Positions 38,715-50,511 of a stretch of 60,637 bases of DNA are shown here, in pieces. The translations under genes were made by a program, and so were the position numbers. The stretch spans positions 1 to 60,637 of the forward strand of contig JASJXX010000005.1 in NCBI GenBank assembly GCA_030123765.1, in the 5' to 3' direction. The notes beneath the pieces were generated by a model, which made no database searches, had not been told where the DNA came from, and was given only the letters and a program-made list of their open reading frames with translations. The DNA comes from Actinomycetota bacterium. GTDB lineage: Bacteria; Actinomycetota; Acidimicrobiia; Spongiisociales; UBA5794. How positions within the stretch are numbered: the stretch's first letter is position 1; each line of letters begins with the position of its first letter.

Positions 38715-38744
38715 TAAACACCGGTGGGCGACCACCGGTGTTTA
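38715..38744 (+). terminator. Hairpin after the DivIVA-domain gene
   Basis: TAAACACCGGTGG-GCGA-CCACCGGTGTTTA: perfect 13-bp stem with a GNRA loop. Confidence 0.7.
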
Positions 38745-38805
38745 TCGTTGACCAGGTATCAGAGGGCAGACCTGGATGCGGAGTTTGCACACCCGTCTCC
38801 ACCGA

Positions 38806-38833
38806 ATTGATACGACTCGACTCAGGTTATACT
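38806..38833 (+). promoter_or_regulatory. Degenerate HAIR (HspR operator) overlapping the putative dnaK promoter
   Basis: ATTGATA-N7-ACTCAGG versus consensus CTTGAGT-N7-ACTCAAG; TATACT at 38828-38833; hspR is in the operon. Confidence 0.6.
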
Positions 38834-38866
38834 CTGTGCTTCGACTTAACCATTCTTCCACGCTAG

Positions 38867-41373
<2,507 letters not shown>

Positions 41374-41381
<8 letters not shown>

Positions 41382-42285
41382 AGAGTGGATGGAGAAGGAC
41401 TATTACGCCACACTCGGCGTTGCCAAGGACGCCTCTCAGAAAGAGATAAAGAAGGCGTTCCGGGGACTCGCGCGCGAGTTCCATCCTGACAACAACCCTG
41501 GCGACGAGCCCGCTGAGTCACGTTTCAAGGAGATCAATGAGGCCTATGACACCATCGGGGACGAGGAGAAACGCCGTGAATACGATCACGCACGCGAGAT
41601 GGGGTACTTCGTCGGAGGCCCGTCCGGTGGCCAGCAGTACGTGCGGGTCGAAGATCTCTTAAGCGGCGGATTCAGCACAGCATCGCCACAGGACCTCTTC
41701 GGAGGGCTCCAGGATCTCTTCACCGGAGGTCGGCACCGCGTGCGAGCCGAGAGGGGCCACGACATCTCCGGATCGATCACGCTGAGTTTTCACGAAGCGC
41801 TTGCGGGCCCGACCAGAGAGTTCACTACCGGTGCCAAGACTGTCAAGGTGAGGATCCCGAAGGGAGTTGCGGACGGCACGAAGGTTCGCGTGAGGGGCAG
41901 GGGTCATCCTGGGACGAACGGTGGGGCGGCAGGCGATCTGTATGTCGAGGTTCGAGTTGCGGAGCATCCCGTATTTGGTCGGTCGGGGAAGAGGGACCTG
42001 ACCCTCACCGTGCCGGTGACGTACTCCGAGGCGGCGCTAGGCACCGTCATCAGCATTCCGACGCTCGATGGAACGACGAAGATCAAGGTGCCTCCAGGCA
42101 CCCAGCCGGGAACGACGATGAAGCTCTCGGGCAGGGGCGTCGAGACGGCGGCCGTGACGGGCGATCTGCTCGTGACGATCGACGTCGCCGTCCCCCTCAA
42201 GGTCACCGACGCAGAGAGAAGAGCCCTCGAAGCGCTTCGCGACGCAGAGTCAGAGTGGAATCCACGCGACCATCTTGGGGTGTGA
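41374..42285 (+). CDS. dnaJ: DnaJ co-chaperone, class B (no zinc finger)
   Basis: KDYYATLGV..FHPD J-domain, G/F region and DnaJ_C; no CxxCxGxG repeats. Confidence 0.92.
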
Positions 42286-42286
42286 C

Positions 42287-42679
42287 ATGAACGAGAGACA
42301 GGAAGCCGTTTACATCATCTCGGTAGCAGCCGAACTCGTCGGCATGCATCCCCAGACGTTGCGTGTCTATGAGCGAAGAGGTCTCGTCGATCCGTACCGG
42401 ACCCCCGGAGGCACTCGCAGGTACAGCAGGGCAGACCTCGATCGCCTCCTCTTCATTCAGGATCTCTCGAGCGCTGGCGTCAATCTCGAAGGCATCAAGC
42501 GGATCCTTGTGCTGCGAAACGAGAACACCAGGTTGAAGAGCCAGGTGAGCCGCTTACGAAGGCTTCTCACCCAGGCGGAGAACCGCTGGTCGACCACCGT
42601 CGGTCCAACAGTCTTCCGGATAGGCGTCCGTCAGAAGCGACACCTGCCGGACATCCGCAGGGAGAACCCCTTCGTCTGA
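42287..42679 (+). CDS. hspR: Heat-shock repressor HspR (MerR family)
   Basis: YIISVAAELVGMHPQTLRVYER.GL..P.RT.GGTRRYS..GVNLEGIKRI; last gene of the dnaK operon. Confidence 0.93.
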   Translation: MNERQEAVYIISVAAELVGMHPQTLRVYERRGLVDPYRTPGGTRRYSRADLDRLLFIQDLSSAGVNLEGIKRILVLRNENTRLKSQVSRLRRLLTQAENRWSTTVGPTVFRIGVRQKRHLPDIRRENPFV

Positions 42680-42706
42680 GGGCTGTGGCGCCGACGAAGG
42701 CGCGCC

Positions 42707-44815
42707 CTATCCGCTCGCGAGCCCGCGCAGTTCAGAAGCCACCATCACATCTGTGATGAGCGCGTGTCGCTCGATGGCGAACTGCGGCCACGGCGCATCG
42801 GTCGCCGCGAGCCGTCTCGGTGGTGCAACAAGGTCGTAGCCACACCGTTCGGCGATCTCGGCGACTACCTCGGCCCCGATGCCGCCAGAGCGCTGCGGCT
42901 CCTGGACGAAGAGCATTCTCCCTGTCCTGGCCACGGATTCAGACACCATCTCCACGTCCCATGGGTAGACGGTGCGGAGGTCGATGACTTCGACATCGAT
43001 ACCGTCAGCGGTGGCCATCTCGGCTGCCCGCAGCGACACGGGGACCATCCCGCCGTACGTCACCAGCGTGATGTCGCCGCCCTCCCTACGCTTCCTTGCC
43101 CTGCCGAGCGGAAGCTGATAAGCGGCGTCGGGGACGGTCTCCTTTCCTGCGCGATAGAGCACCTTCGGCTCGAGGAATATCACCGGATCATCGGAACGGA
43201 TCGCGGCTGCGAGCAGGCCCTTTGCGTCCGAGGGGGAGGACGGGACGACAACGATGATTCCCGGCACATGGGCGAAGTAAGCCTCGGGGCTGTCGCAGTG
43301 GTGCTCGTGGGCGCCAATGCCTGCGCCGTTGGGCATGCGCACCACTATCGGCAGCGATGTGTTGCCCCGCGTACGAAACCGGATGCGCCCGAGATGGCTT
43401 GCAATCTGGTCGAACGCCGGGTAGGAGAACCCTTCGAACTGAATCTCCGCGATCGGTCGCACTCCTGCCATCGCCATGCCAATAGCGGTTCCGATGATGC
43501 CGGATTCGTTGATCGGGGTGTCGATCACCCGCTCTGTGCCAAACCTGTCAAGCAGCCCTGCCGAGATACGGAAGACGCCGCCGGCAACCGCAACATCCTG
43601 CCCGAGTAGGACGGTTGTCGGGTCGGCAGCCATCTCCTGGTGCAACGCGGCGTTGATGGCGTCAGCCATCGACATCTCTGTAGCGGGCCCTGAAGGCAGG
43701 TCGTCGTGTCCGACGATCCAGCGCTCGGACGCCGGGATCGGGGACCGTTCCTCCCCCGCCCCATCCTCGAGCCGATGCAGCTGTTCGACCATCGAGTCGG
43801 GGACCTTCTCGAACGCATGAGTGATGATGTCTGCACGTGGCGGAAGTTCGACCTCGGTTACGGCGTCGAGTGCCCGATCGAACTTGTCGGTAGCGCCGGT
43901 GATGAGCTGATCTTCGGCCTTGTTGTCCCACCAGCCCCTGTTCATCACAAAGGCGCGCATGCGATCGAGCGGGTCAAGGTGACGCCAGAGTTCCTCTTCC
44001 TCTCGTGTGCGGTACAGCGCGGGGTCGTCCGCTGTTGCGTGGGGGCCGAACCGGTAGCAGATCGCTTCGATGAGTGTCGGGCCACCGCCATCGGCACCTC
44101 TCTGGACGGCGCGTCTGGTCGCGTCGTACATGGCAACGACGTCGAAGCCGTTGACCTTCTCCGCGGCCATGCCGTAGCCAGGGGCCTTGTCGGCAAGCCA
44201 TGTTGCCGCGGTCTGTTGCTCGTAGGGCACCGAGATGGCGTAGAAGTTGTTCGAGATGATGAACACCGTTGGCGTCCTCCACACACCGGCGAAGTTCATA
44301 CCCGAATGGAAGTCGTTCTCTGATGTGCCGCCGTCGCCGATGTAGGCTGCCGTGACAACGTCGTTTCCGAGGAATCGCTGGGCGTACGCGTGGCCAACAG
44401 CGTGAGGCAGGTGGCTACCGATCGGGACGGTGATGACCATCTGGTTCAGATCCGGTGGATCCCACGCCACGTTCGGAAGGCCTCGCCAGTAGGCGAGGAT
44501 TGTCTCGTACGGCACCCCTCTTGCGATCTGGACACCGTGCTCTCGATAGCCCGGGTAGACGAAGTCCTGTTCGCGAAGCGCGTGGGCGCTGCCGACCTGA
44601 ACCGCCTCGTGACCTTCCGCAATGGCGTACGTTCCGATCCGCCCCTGCCGCTGCGCTCCCGTGGCACGACGGTCGAAGACCCGGGCGCGCACCATATCGC
44701 GATACAGGTCCAGGGCGAGGTCCTTTGTCAGCCACGGAGCGTCTGCGACGAGCTTGCCGTCACGGTCAACGATCTCGTGCAGCGCTTCCCAGTCTGTGTC
44801 CTCAGGTCGTCGCAT
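42707..44815 (-). CDS. Fused E1 alpha/beta 2-oxoacid dehydrogenase (PDH/BCKDH type)
   Basis: TPP motif GDGGTSE..NN and GPHATADD, then beta-subunit GGVFR, DTPINESG, AEIQF, DPVIFLEPK, EVIDLRT. Confidence 0.93.
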   Translation of the reverse strand: MRRPEDTDWEALHEIVDRDGKLVADAPWLTKDLALDLYRDMVRARVFDRRATGAQRQGRIGTYAIAEGHEAVQVGSAHALREQDFVYPGYREHGVQIARGVPYETILAYWRGLPNVAWDPPDLNQMVITVPIGSHLPHAVGHAYAQRFLGNDVVTAAYIGDGGTSENDFHSGMNFAGVWRTPTVFIISNNFYAISVPYEQQTAATWLADKAPGYGMAAEKVNGFDVVAMYDATRRAVQRGADGGGPTLIEAICYRFGPHATADDPALYRTREEEELWRHLDPLDRMRAFVMNRGWWDNKAEDQLITGATDKFDRALDAVTEVELPPRADIITHAFEKVPDSMVEQLHRLEDGAGEERSPIPASERWIVGHDDLPSGPATEMSMADAINAALHQEMAADPTTVLLGQDVAVAGGVFRISAGLLDRFGTERVIDTPINESGIIGTAIGMAMAGVRPIAEIQFEGFSYPAFDQIASHLGRIRFRTRGNTSLPIVVRMPNGAGIGAHEHHCDSPEAYFAHVPGIIVVVPSSPSDAKGLLAAAIRSDDPVIFLEPKVLYRAGKETVPDAAYQLPLGRARKRREGGDITLVTYGGMVPVSLRAAEMATADGIDVEVIDLRTVYPWDVEMVSESVARTGRMLFVQEPQRSGGIGAEVVAEIAERCGYDLVAPPRRLAATDAPWPQFAIERHALITDVMVASELRGLASG

Positions 44816-45891
44816 CAAGAGCGTTCGACGGTGTCGAGGGCGTCGAGGAAGCGTTGGTTCTCCGGCTCTGTACCGACTGTCACGCGCACACCAGCACCGA
44901 GCACCCGGATGATCACACCCTTGTGCAGGAGTGCATCGAAGAGCCCGGACGCGTCGCTCTCCGGCTCGAAGTACACGAAGTTTGCTTGCGTGGGGGCGAC
45001 CTGGAAGCCGCGACGTGTCAGCTCGCCCACGAGGAACTCGCGTCCGGCCGCGTTCGAAGCCACTCTGTCGGACACTCGCTCTTGCTGTTTGAGAGCTTCA
45101 AGGCCAGCCGCCTGGGCCGGAGACGTCACTGCGAATGGTGGTTGGGTGACGCGCACCGTGTTGATGAGCTCGGGATGCCCGATGCCGTATCCGACGCGTA
45201 AGCCGGCGAGGCCGTAAATTTTTGAGAAGGTGCGCGCAACCAACACGTTCGGTCGGGTGGTTGCCATCGCGATCATGGATCCGTAGGACGAGTCGGTCAC
45301 GTACTCGGCGTAGGCCTCGTCGACGACGACGATCACTCGCTCGTGAACCGCGTCGATGAAGGCGTGCACATCCTTCGCGGAACGGATGCCCCCGGTGGGA
45401 TTGTTCGGGTTGCAGAGGTAGACGATCGTGGTGTCATCGCGGATGGCTGCGAGCATCGCGTCGAGGTCATGGTTGAAGTTTTCGTCAAGCGGGACACCGA
45501 TCGGTTCGCTCTGCGCGACAAGGGTCGCGATGCGGTACATGACGAAGCTCGGATGCGCGAACACTGCGCTCGTGCCTGGCCCTCCAACCGAGAGCGCGGT
45601 GCAGCGAAGTATCTCGGAGGAACCCGCAGCGACCCACACGGCCTCTGCGTCGAGGCCGTGGTGAGCGGCGATGGAGTTGGTCAGTTCACTCTGTGCACTG
45701 TCCGGGTACCGGTTGACGCCGGCGCCGGCTCTCGCTATCGCGTCGATTACTTCGGGGAAGGGCTCAGTCGGGCACTCGTTCGATGCCAGCTTGTCGATGG
45801 ATACGATCCCGAGCTCTCTCGCGACATCCTCGATGGGTCGCCCCGCCACATATCGCGGTATCGATCCGAGATCTGGTCTGTAGGTCGGCAC
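44815..45891 (-). CDS. hisC: Histidinol-phosphate / aromatic aminotransferase
   Basis: KLASNE, NRYPD, CNPNNPTG, VDEAY, RTFSKIYGLAGLRVGY. Confidence 0.9.
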   Translation of the reverse strand: MPTYRPDLGSIPRYVAGRPIEDVARELGIVSIDKLASNECPTEPFPEVIDAIARAGAGVNRYPDSAQSELTNSIAAHHGLDAEAVWVAAGSSEILRCTALSVGGPGTSAVFAHPSFVMYRIATLVAQSEPIGVPLDENFNHDLDAMLAAIRDDTTIVYLCNPNNPTGGIRSAKDVHAFIDAVHERVIVVVDEAYAEYVTDSSYGSMIAMATTRPNVLVARTFSKIYGLAGLRVGYGIGHPELINTVRVTQPPFAVTSPAQAAGLEALKQQERVSDRVASNAAGREFLVGELTRRGFQVAPTQANFVYFEPESDASGLFDALLHKGVIIRVLGAGVRVTVGTEPENQRFLDALDTVERS

Positions 45892-45956
45892 GGTGCAGGA
45901 CCCTCCGTTGGATCGTCTGACCCTCAGGCTACATGCTCTTCAGACGCGAATTTTGG

Positions 45957-46592
45957 TCAGGCGACAATCGTTTCAGCGTCCGGCTGCTGGATCACGAACG
46001 CGATGACGATCGAAGGCCGGGATGGCCATCCGCGGAGCGTGTCGTGGCACGTCACGTTGGCATACGTCCGGAACTCTGACCACGACATCATCGTCTGAGG
46101 TGTGACGACGAGGTCGAGTTTCGGTCTCGGGATGAGCGTTGCATCTCTGAGGTCGAACCCTTCCATCTCCACGACTGCGAGGTCGAGTTCCTCACACTTG
46201 GTGATGAACGCCTCCGCGTCCGCGCGCTTGAAGAAGCCCTCTCCGTCCTCGGTTCGGTGCACCGCCCGTTCATCGAACTCTGAAAGCAGTTCCGCCGTCG
46301 CGGGATGCACATCGCTGAAGTCCTCTCCAGCTGCGGCTACGGCATCACGTAACTCGGTCAGATCCTCGTCGAACGCGTGCGGGTCGATGATCTGCACCGC
46401 GGTGTCGAGCAGACGCTGCAGTTCTCGCACGTCAAGGTCCTGGACGTCGCCATCCGCGTCCGGGTAGATCTGGACGATGGGCGCCTCCCCATCCCAGAAG
46501 ACCATCCCGATGAAGTCGTCGTCTCTCCACAATTCAGCGATGGGGCCGTCGAAGTCGTCTCGTTCTGTCTCGATGAGTCTGATTGGCAGCAT
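45957..46592 (-). CDS. Hypothetical acidic protein
   Basis: 211-aa ORF with host-like codon usage, co-oriented with hisC. Confidence 0.75.
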   Translation of the reverse strand: MLPIRLIETERDDFDGPIAELWRDDDFIGMVFWDGEAPIVQIYPDADGDVQDLDVRELQRLLDTAVQIIDPHAFDEDLTELRDAVAAAGEDFSDVHPATAELLSEFDERAVHRTEDGEGFFKRADAEAFITKCEELDLAVVEMEGFDLRDATLIPRPKLDLVVTPQTMMSWSEFRTYANVTCHDTLRGWPSRPSIVIAFVIQQPDAETIVA

Positions 46593-46762
46593 GACACAAC
46601 AGTAGACAGGATTCTGGTCACAATCGTCAGCTCAGAGATGGAGCAGCGGACCACTTCCGGGGAATCAACCAACACATTGAGTGTTTCTCGCGTAGGCTGC
46701 ACGGTGGAGGAGGGAAGGCTGGGAGCAAAGACTCCTCCGGGATGCTCCCGTCGGATAGTTGC

Positions 46763-49330
46763 ATGATTCTCGAGCGCGGCGACGAGTTGGCAGAGTTGGG
46801 CCAGCTCCTCAACGATCTGCACTCGTCCGGTGGGCGAGTTGTGCTGGTACGCGGCGAGGCTGGTATCGGAAAGAGCGCTCTCGTCGCGCAGTTCATGGCG
46901 GATGTCGACCATCGGGCTCATGTGCACATGGGCACATGCGACGACCTGCTCACTCCCCAGCCCCTCGGCCCGATCTGGGATCTCGCGCGGCAGGAATCGT
47001 CCCTCGTACAACCGTTGTCCGACGGCCATCGGAGGGCGGTGATGGAGAGCGTCCTCGATCTCCTGTCACGCTCGCTCCGTCCGACAGTTCTTGTGTTGGA
47101 GGACACGCAGTGGGCGGATGAAGCGACGCTTGACCTCATCAAGTACCTTGGGCGTCGGGTTGCACGCACGAACGGAATCCTCATCCTGACGTACCGCGAT
47201 GGCGAAGTGGACGCCGATCACCCGCTCCGTCAAGTCATTGGCGGGCTTCCGCCACAGAACCTCGTTCGCATGTCGCTCAAGGAGCTGTCACCAGACGCGG
47301 TCGCGTCGATGATCGACGAAGGACCGTTCAACCTCGATGAGGTCCTCGCGCTGACGGATGGAAACCCGCTCTTCGTCACCGAGGTGCTGGCGTCGGGAGT
47401 TGGGGACGTGCCATCGTCAGTCCAGGACTCCGTGCTCGCGAGGGCCGCCAAAGTCTCGCCCGAGGCCAGACGCATCCTGGATCTCGTGTCGGTAGTGCCT
47501 GGCGGGGCGGAGCGATCCGTTGTCGACGAGATTCTCGATCCGACCGAGGAGCAGCTCGCCGAGTGCGTTCGGCAGGGCCTCCTCCAAATTGACGACACCA
47601 CGGTTGCTTTCCCTCACGACTTGCAACGCCGAGCGGTCGAGTCTTCACTCGCCTCCACACACCGGCGGCAGCTCAACCAGCGGATGTTGAACGCTCTCGG
47701 CGACGATGCGGAGCTGTCACTGCTGGTTCACCACGCAAGGGAGGCCAACAACGTTGAGGCGATCGTCGAGTTCGCTCCACGTGCGGCGAGAGCGGCGATG
47801 GCGATTCAGAGTGCGCGGGAGGCTGTCGCGCATTTCCGAATTCTTGAGCCGTGCCTCGGCCGACTTGAGATCAGCGATCGAGCAGCCGTTCTTGAGGATT
47901 GGGGGAGGGAGGAGTCTTACCTCGACAGCGGTGCATCGCTCGCACTCCTTCATCAGGCTGTCGAACTTCGCCGAACTCTCGACGACGACCGAGCTCTGGC
48001 GCGTTCACTGGTCTCCCTAGCACGCATCAAACGGTCGCACCTTCAGACCTTTGAAGCGCTGGATTGCGTCGTCGAGGCTGTCGGGATTCTGGAATCCTAT
48101 GGACCGAGCGCGGATCTCACCGGTGCCCTGAGCCTCCAAGCGTTGATCAATTGGCTCAAATACGAAGATGTTCCGGTAGCTCTGCTCATCGCTGACAAGG
48201 CAATGGCGGTTGCCAAGGTGACCGGCGATGAGGCAGGCGTTATTCGGGCGCTGTACACGAAGGGCTCCATTCTGCACGGCGGGGGTGATAAAGGCGGTAT
48301 GTCGCTGGTCGAGGAGAGTCTCAGGCTGGCAGAGCGTGGCGGGCACGCAGAGGACGAGGTGCGGGCGCTCATGAATCTGGCTGGCATGTCGGGCGACGAC
48401 CGCGATGTGGAGCGGGCCACCGACTTCGCACGGAGGGCTCGAGACACCGCAGCTCGAAGCGAGATGCTTGCGCTCGAGACTCTTTCACAAGGCATGTATA
48501 GCGAATTCCTCCTGTGGAAGGGAGCGTGGGCCGAAGCCGAGAACACATCATCTGAGTCTGTCGGCTCGACTCCCGCCACGGCGACGCTGGCGTGGCGGGT
48601 GATGGCAACGTTGCAGGCGCGACGGGGTCGGTCTGAGGCGCGTTCGGCGCTCGATCGTATGTGGTCGCCAGCACAGGCTGCCGAAGTGCTCACGGCCATC
48701 GATCCCGCTGCCTCCGCTCTCGCTGAGTACATGTGGTTGTCGGGCGACGAGGACCCGGCGTGGCGACAGCAACTTCGGGACGTCCTCGAGATGGGTTTAC
48801 ACGCAGGGCGCCCCTGGCCGAGTGGGGCGTTCGCCTTCTGGATGTGGAAGCTCGGGCTACTCAAAACCGTCCCTGAGGGCACCGCCGACTTCTACGGGTG
48901 GATCATCAAGGGGGAGTACAAGAGATCAGCCGCGTTCTGGCGCGAGAGGGGGATTCCCTACGAGGAGGGCCTCGCGCTCATGCATGGCGACGGCAGAGAG
49001 CAGATCGAAGCCATCCGCATATTCGAAGACCTGGGGGCAACCGCGACCGCAAACAAGGTCAGACGAACCCTCATGGACCAGGGGGTGAAAGTGCCTCGCG
49101 GCAAGTCACAGGCGACGCGGGACCACGCGGCTGGTCTGACCGCGAGACAAGCCGAGATCCTCGACCTGCTCGCCGAGGGCCTCACCAACACCCAGATCGC
49201 CGACAGGCTCTTCGTCTCCCATCGCACCGTCGAGAACCACGTCTCGGCCGTTCTCATGAAGCTCGACGTGCCTGACCGGGATCTCGCGGTCTCGGCGGCA
49301 CGCGATCAGGGAATTCTCTCCGCTCCCTGA
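46763..49330 (+). CDS. Large AAA-ATPase (STAND/LAL-type) LuxR family regulator
   Basis: GEAGIGKS Walker A, LEDTQWADEAT, GNPLF, helical repeats and C-terminal GLTARQ.EIL..IADRLFVSHRTVENHVS LuxR HTH. Confidence 0.93.
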   Translation: MILERGDELAELGQLLNDLHSSGGRVVLVRGEAGIGKSALVAQFMADVDHRAHVHMGTCDDLLTPQPLGPIWDLARQESSLVQPLSDGHRRAVMESVLDLLSRSLRPTVLVLEDTQWADEATLDLIKYLGRRVARTNGILILTYRDGEVDADHPLRQVIGGLPPQNLVRMSLKELSPDAVASMIDEGPFNLDEVLALTDGNPLFVTEVLASGVGDVPSSVQDSVLARAAKVSPEARRILDLVSVVPGGAERSVVDEILDPTEEQLAECVRQGLLQIDDTTVAFPHDLQRRAVESSLASTHRRQLNQRMLNALGDDAELSLLVHHAREANNVEAIVEFAPRAARAAMAIQSAREAVAHFRILEPCLGRLEISDRAAVLEDWGREESYLDSGASLALLHQAVELRRTLDDDRALARSLVSLARIKRSHLQTFEALDCVVEAVGILESYGPSADLTGALSLQALINWLKYEDVPVALLIADKAMAVAKVTGDEAGVIRALYTKGSILHGGGDKGGMSLVEESLRLAERGGHAEDEVRALMNLAGMSGDDRDVERATDFARRARDTAARSEMLALETLSQGMYSEFLLWKGAWAEAENTSSESVGSTPATATLAWRVMATLQARRGRSEARSALDRMWSPAQAAEVLTAIDPAASALAEYMWLSGDEDPAWRQQLRDVLEMGLHAGRPWPSGAFAFWMWKLGLLKTVPEGTADFYGWIIKGEYKRSAAFWRERGIPYEEGLALMHGDGREQIEAIRIFEDLGATATANKVRRTLMDQGVKVPRGKSQATRDHAAGLTARQAEILDLLAEGLTNTQIADRLFVSHRTVENHVSAVLMKLDVPDRDLAVSAARDQGILSAP

Positions 49331-49446
49331 TCCGTTTCAAAATTGAGTGCCTCTTCATCAGATATAGGTGGTGGACCCTCACGACCTCGCGTGCTTCCTG
49401 GCATACGTTCGTCCCAGTGACCCGAAGACGAATCGAGGAGGGTTTG

Positions 49447-49698
49447 ATGCCACTGTTTATGGATGTTCACAACATTGAAGGCGGCGTCTCGGCGTCCGAC
49501 GTTGCGGAAGCGCACAAGGCGGATCTCAAGACGCAAGCCAAATACGGCGTGAGCTATCTGCGCTACTGGGTCAACGAGGAAGAAGGCAAGATCTTCTGTC
49601 TCGTTGAAGCAGACGACGCCGAGGCCGCGAACACGGTCCACCGCGAAGCCCACGGCCTGGTCGCCGACGCGATCTACCCCGTATCAGAGCACAGCTGA
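49447..49698 (+). CDS. SCO4226/DUF4242 family nickel-binding protein
   Basis: MPLFMDVH..AEAHKADL..Q..YGV.Y.RYW....GKIFCL..VHREAHGL.AD; GAGGAG RBS. Confidence 0.9.
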   Translation: MPLFMDVHNIEGGVSASDVAEAHKADLKTQAKYGVSYLRYWVNEEEGKIFCLVEADDAEAANTVHREAHGLVADAIYPVSEHS

Positions 49699-49755
49699 GC
49701 GCGGAACGGACACGAAGAAGAGACCAGCGAGAGCTGCGTCGAACAAGGAAGGAGA

Positions 49756-50137
49756 ACGAAGAGAATATTGACGATCTTGAGCCTCGTTGCAGCATGATGC
49801 TCGTGGCAGCCCCCATGGCTCTCGCCGGAGGCGGCAGCGGATGTGGCTCTTCGTCCGAGCAACTGGAGAACGCCGGGTAGATCTGCTTCGTCGCGGGACC
49901 GAACCATTGGATCCACTGTGTAACGCCAGCGAACGGTTCGGAAACTGCACAGGCCACACACGTGACGTGATGGTATTCAGCGTCGACGGATCATCGTTCC
50001 TCGGGACTGAGATTCTGCTCTCGGCAGAGGCGTACAACGGCCAGCCATGCATGACGGATGGCGGTGGTCTGTATCACGATGTGAGCGAGACAGGCGACGG
50101 CCCATACGCCTGCCACCACTTCGATACCACTCCCTGA
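49756..50137 (+). pseudogene. Degraded secreted Cys/His-rich protein
   Basis: Strong RBS then ACG in place of ATG; signal peptide broken by a frameshift near 49794; in-frame TAG at 49878; second frameshift near 49965. Confidence 0.6.
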
Positions 50138-50449
50138 GGCACACACGTCTTGGGTGAGCCGTGCGTCCTGTCGCACAGCAGTGTCACAGATCGCATGGCT
50201 CACCTGTCCAATGTGAACAGAGTGCCAGCGGTGATTCAGCGCACCTGTTGGGTGTGGACGGGAAACGCGACGTCACGTGTGCAGGGTCGAGTTCATGGCC
50301 CATAGCAAGCTCTTCGAGGAACGCCGCCATCACAGGCAGATGCACGGCGGAGAGAGGTCTCAGCACCGAGTCATACACGGGTGGATCTAGGACGCGGATA
50401 GCGCGACTCAGCCTGGTGTCCAGACGCCGACCGATTCACCTTGACAATG

Positions 50450-50497
50450 GAGGGAGAGTGGGGTCCAGCCCTCTCGGGAGGGATCCCACTCTCCCTC
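50450..50497 (-). terminator. Hairpin downstream of the spondin-domain gene
   Basis: GAGGGAGAGTGGG ... CCCACTCTCCCTC, 13-bp stem. Confidence 0.6.
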
Positions 50498-50511
50498 GCG
50501 GATCCTCCCCC

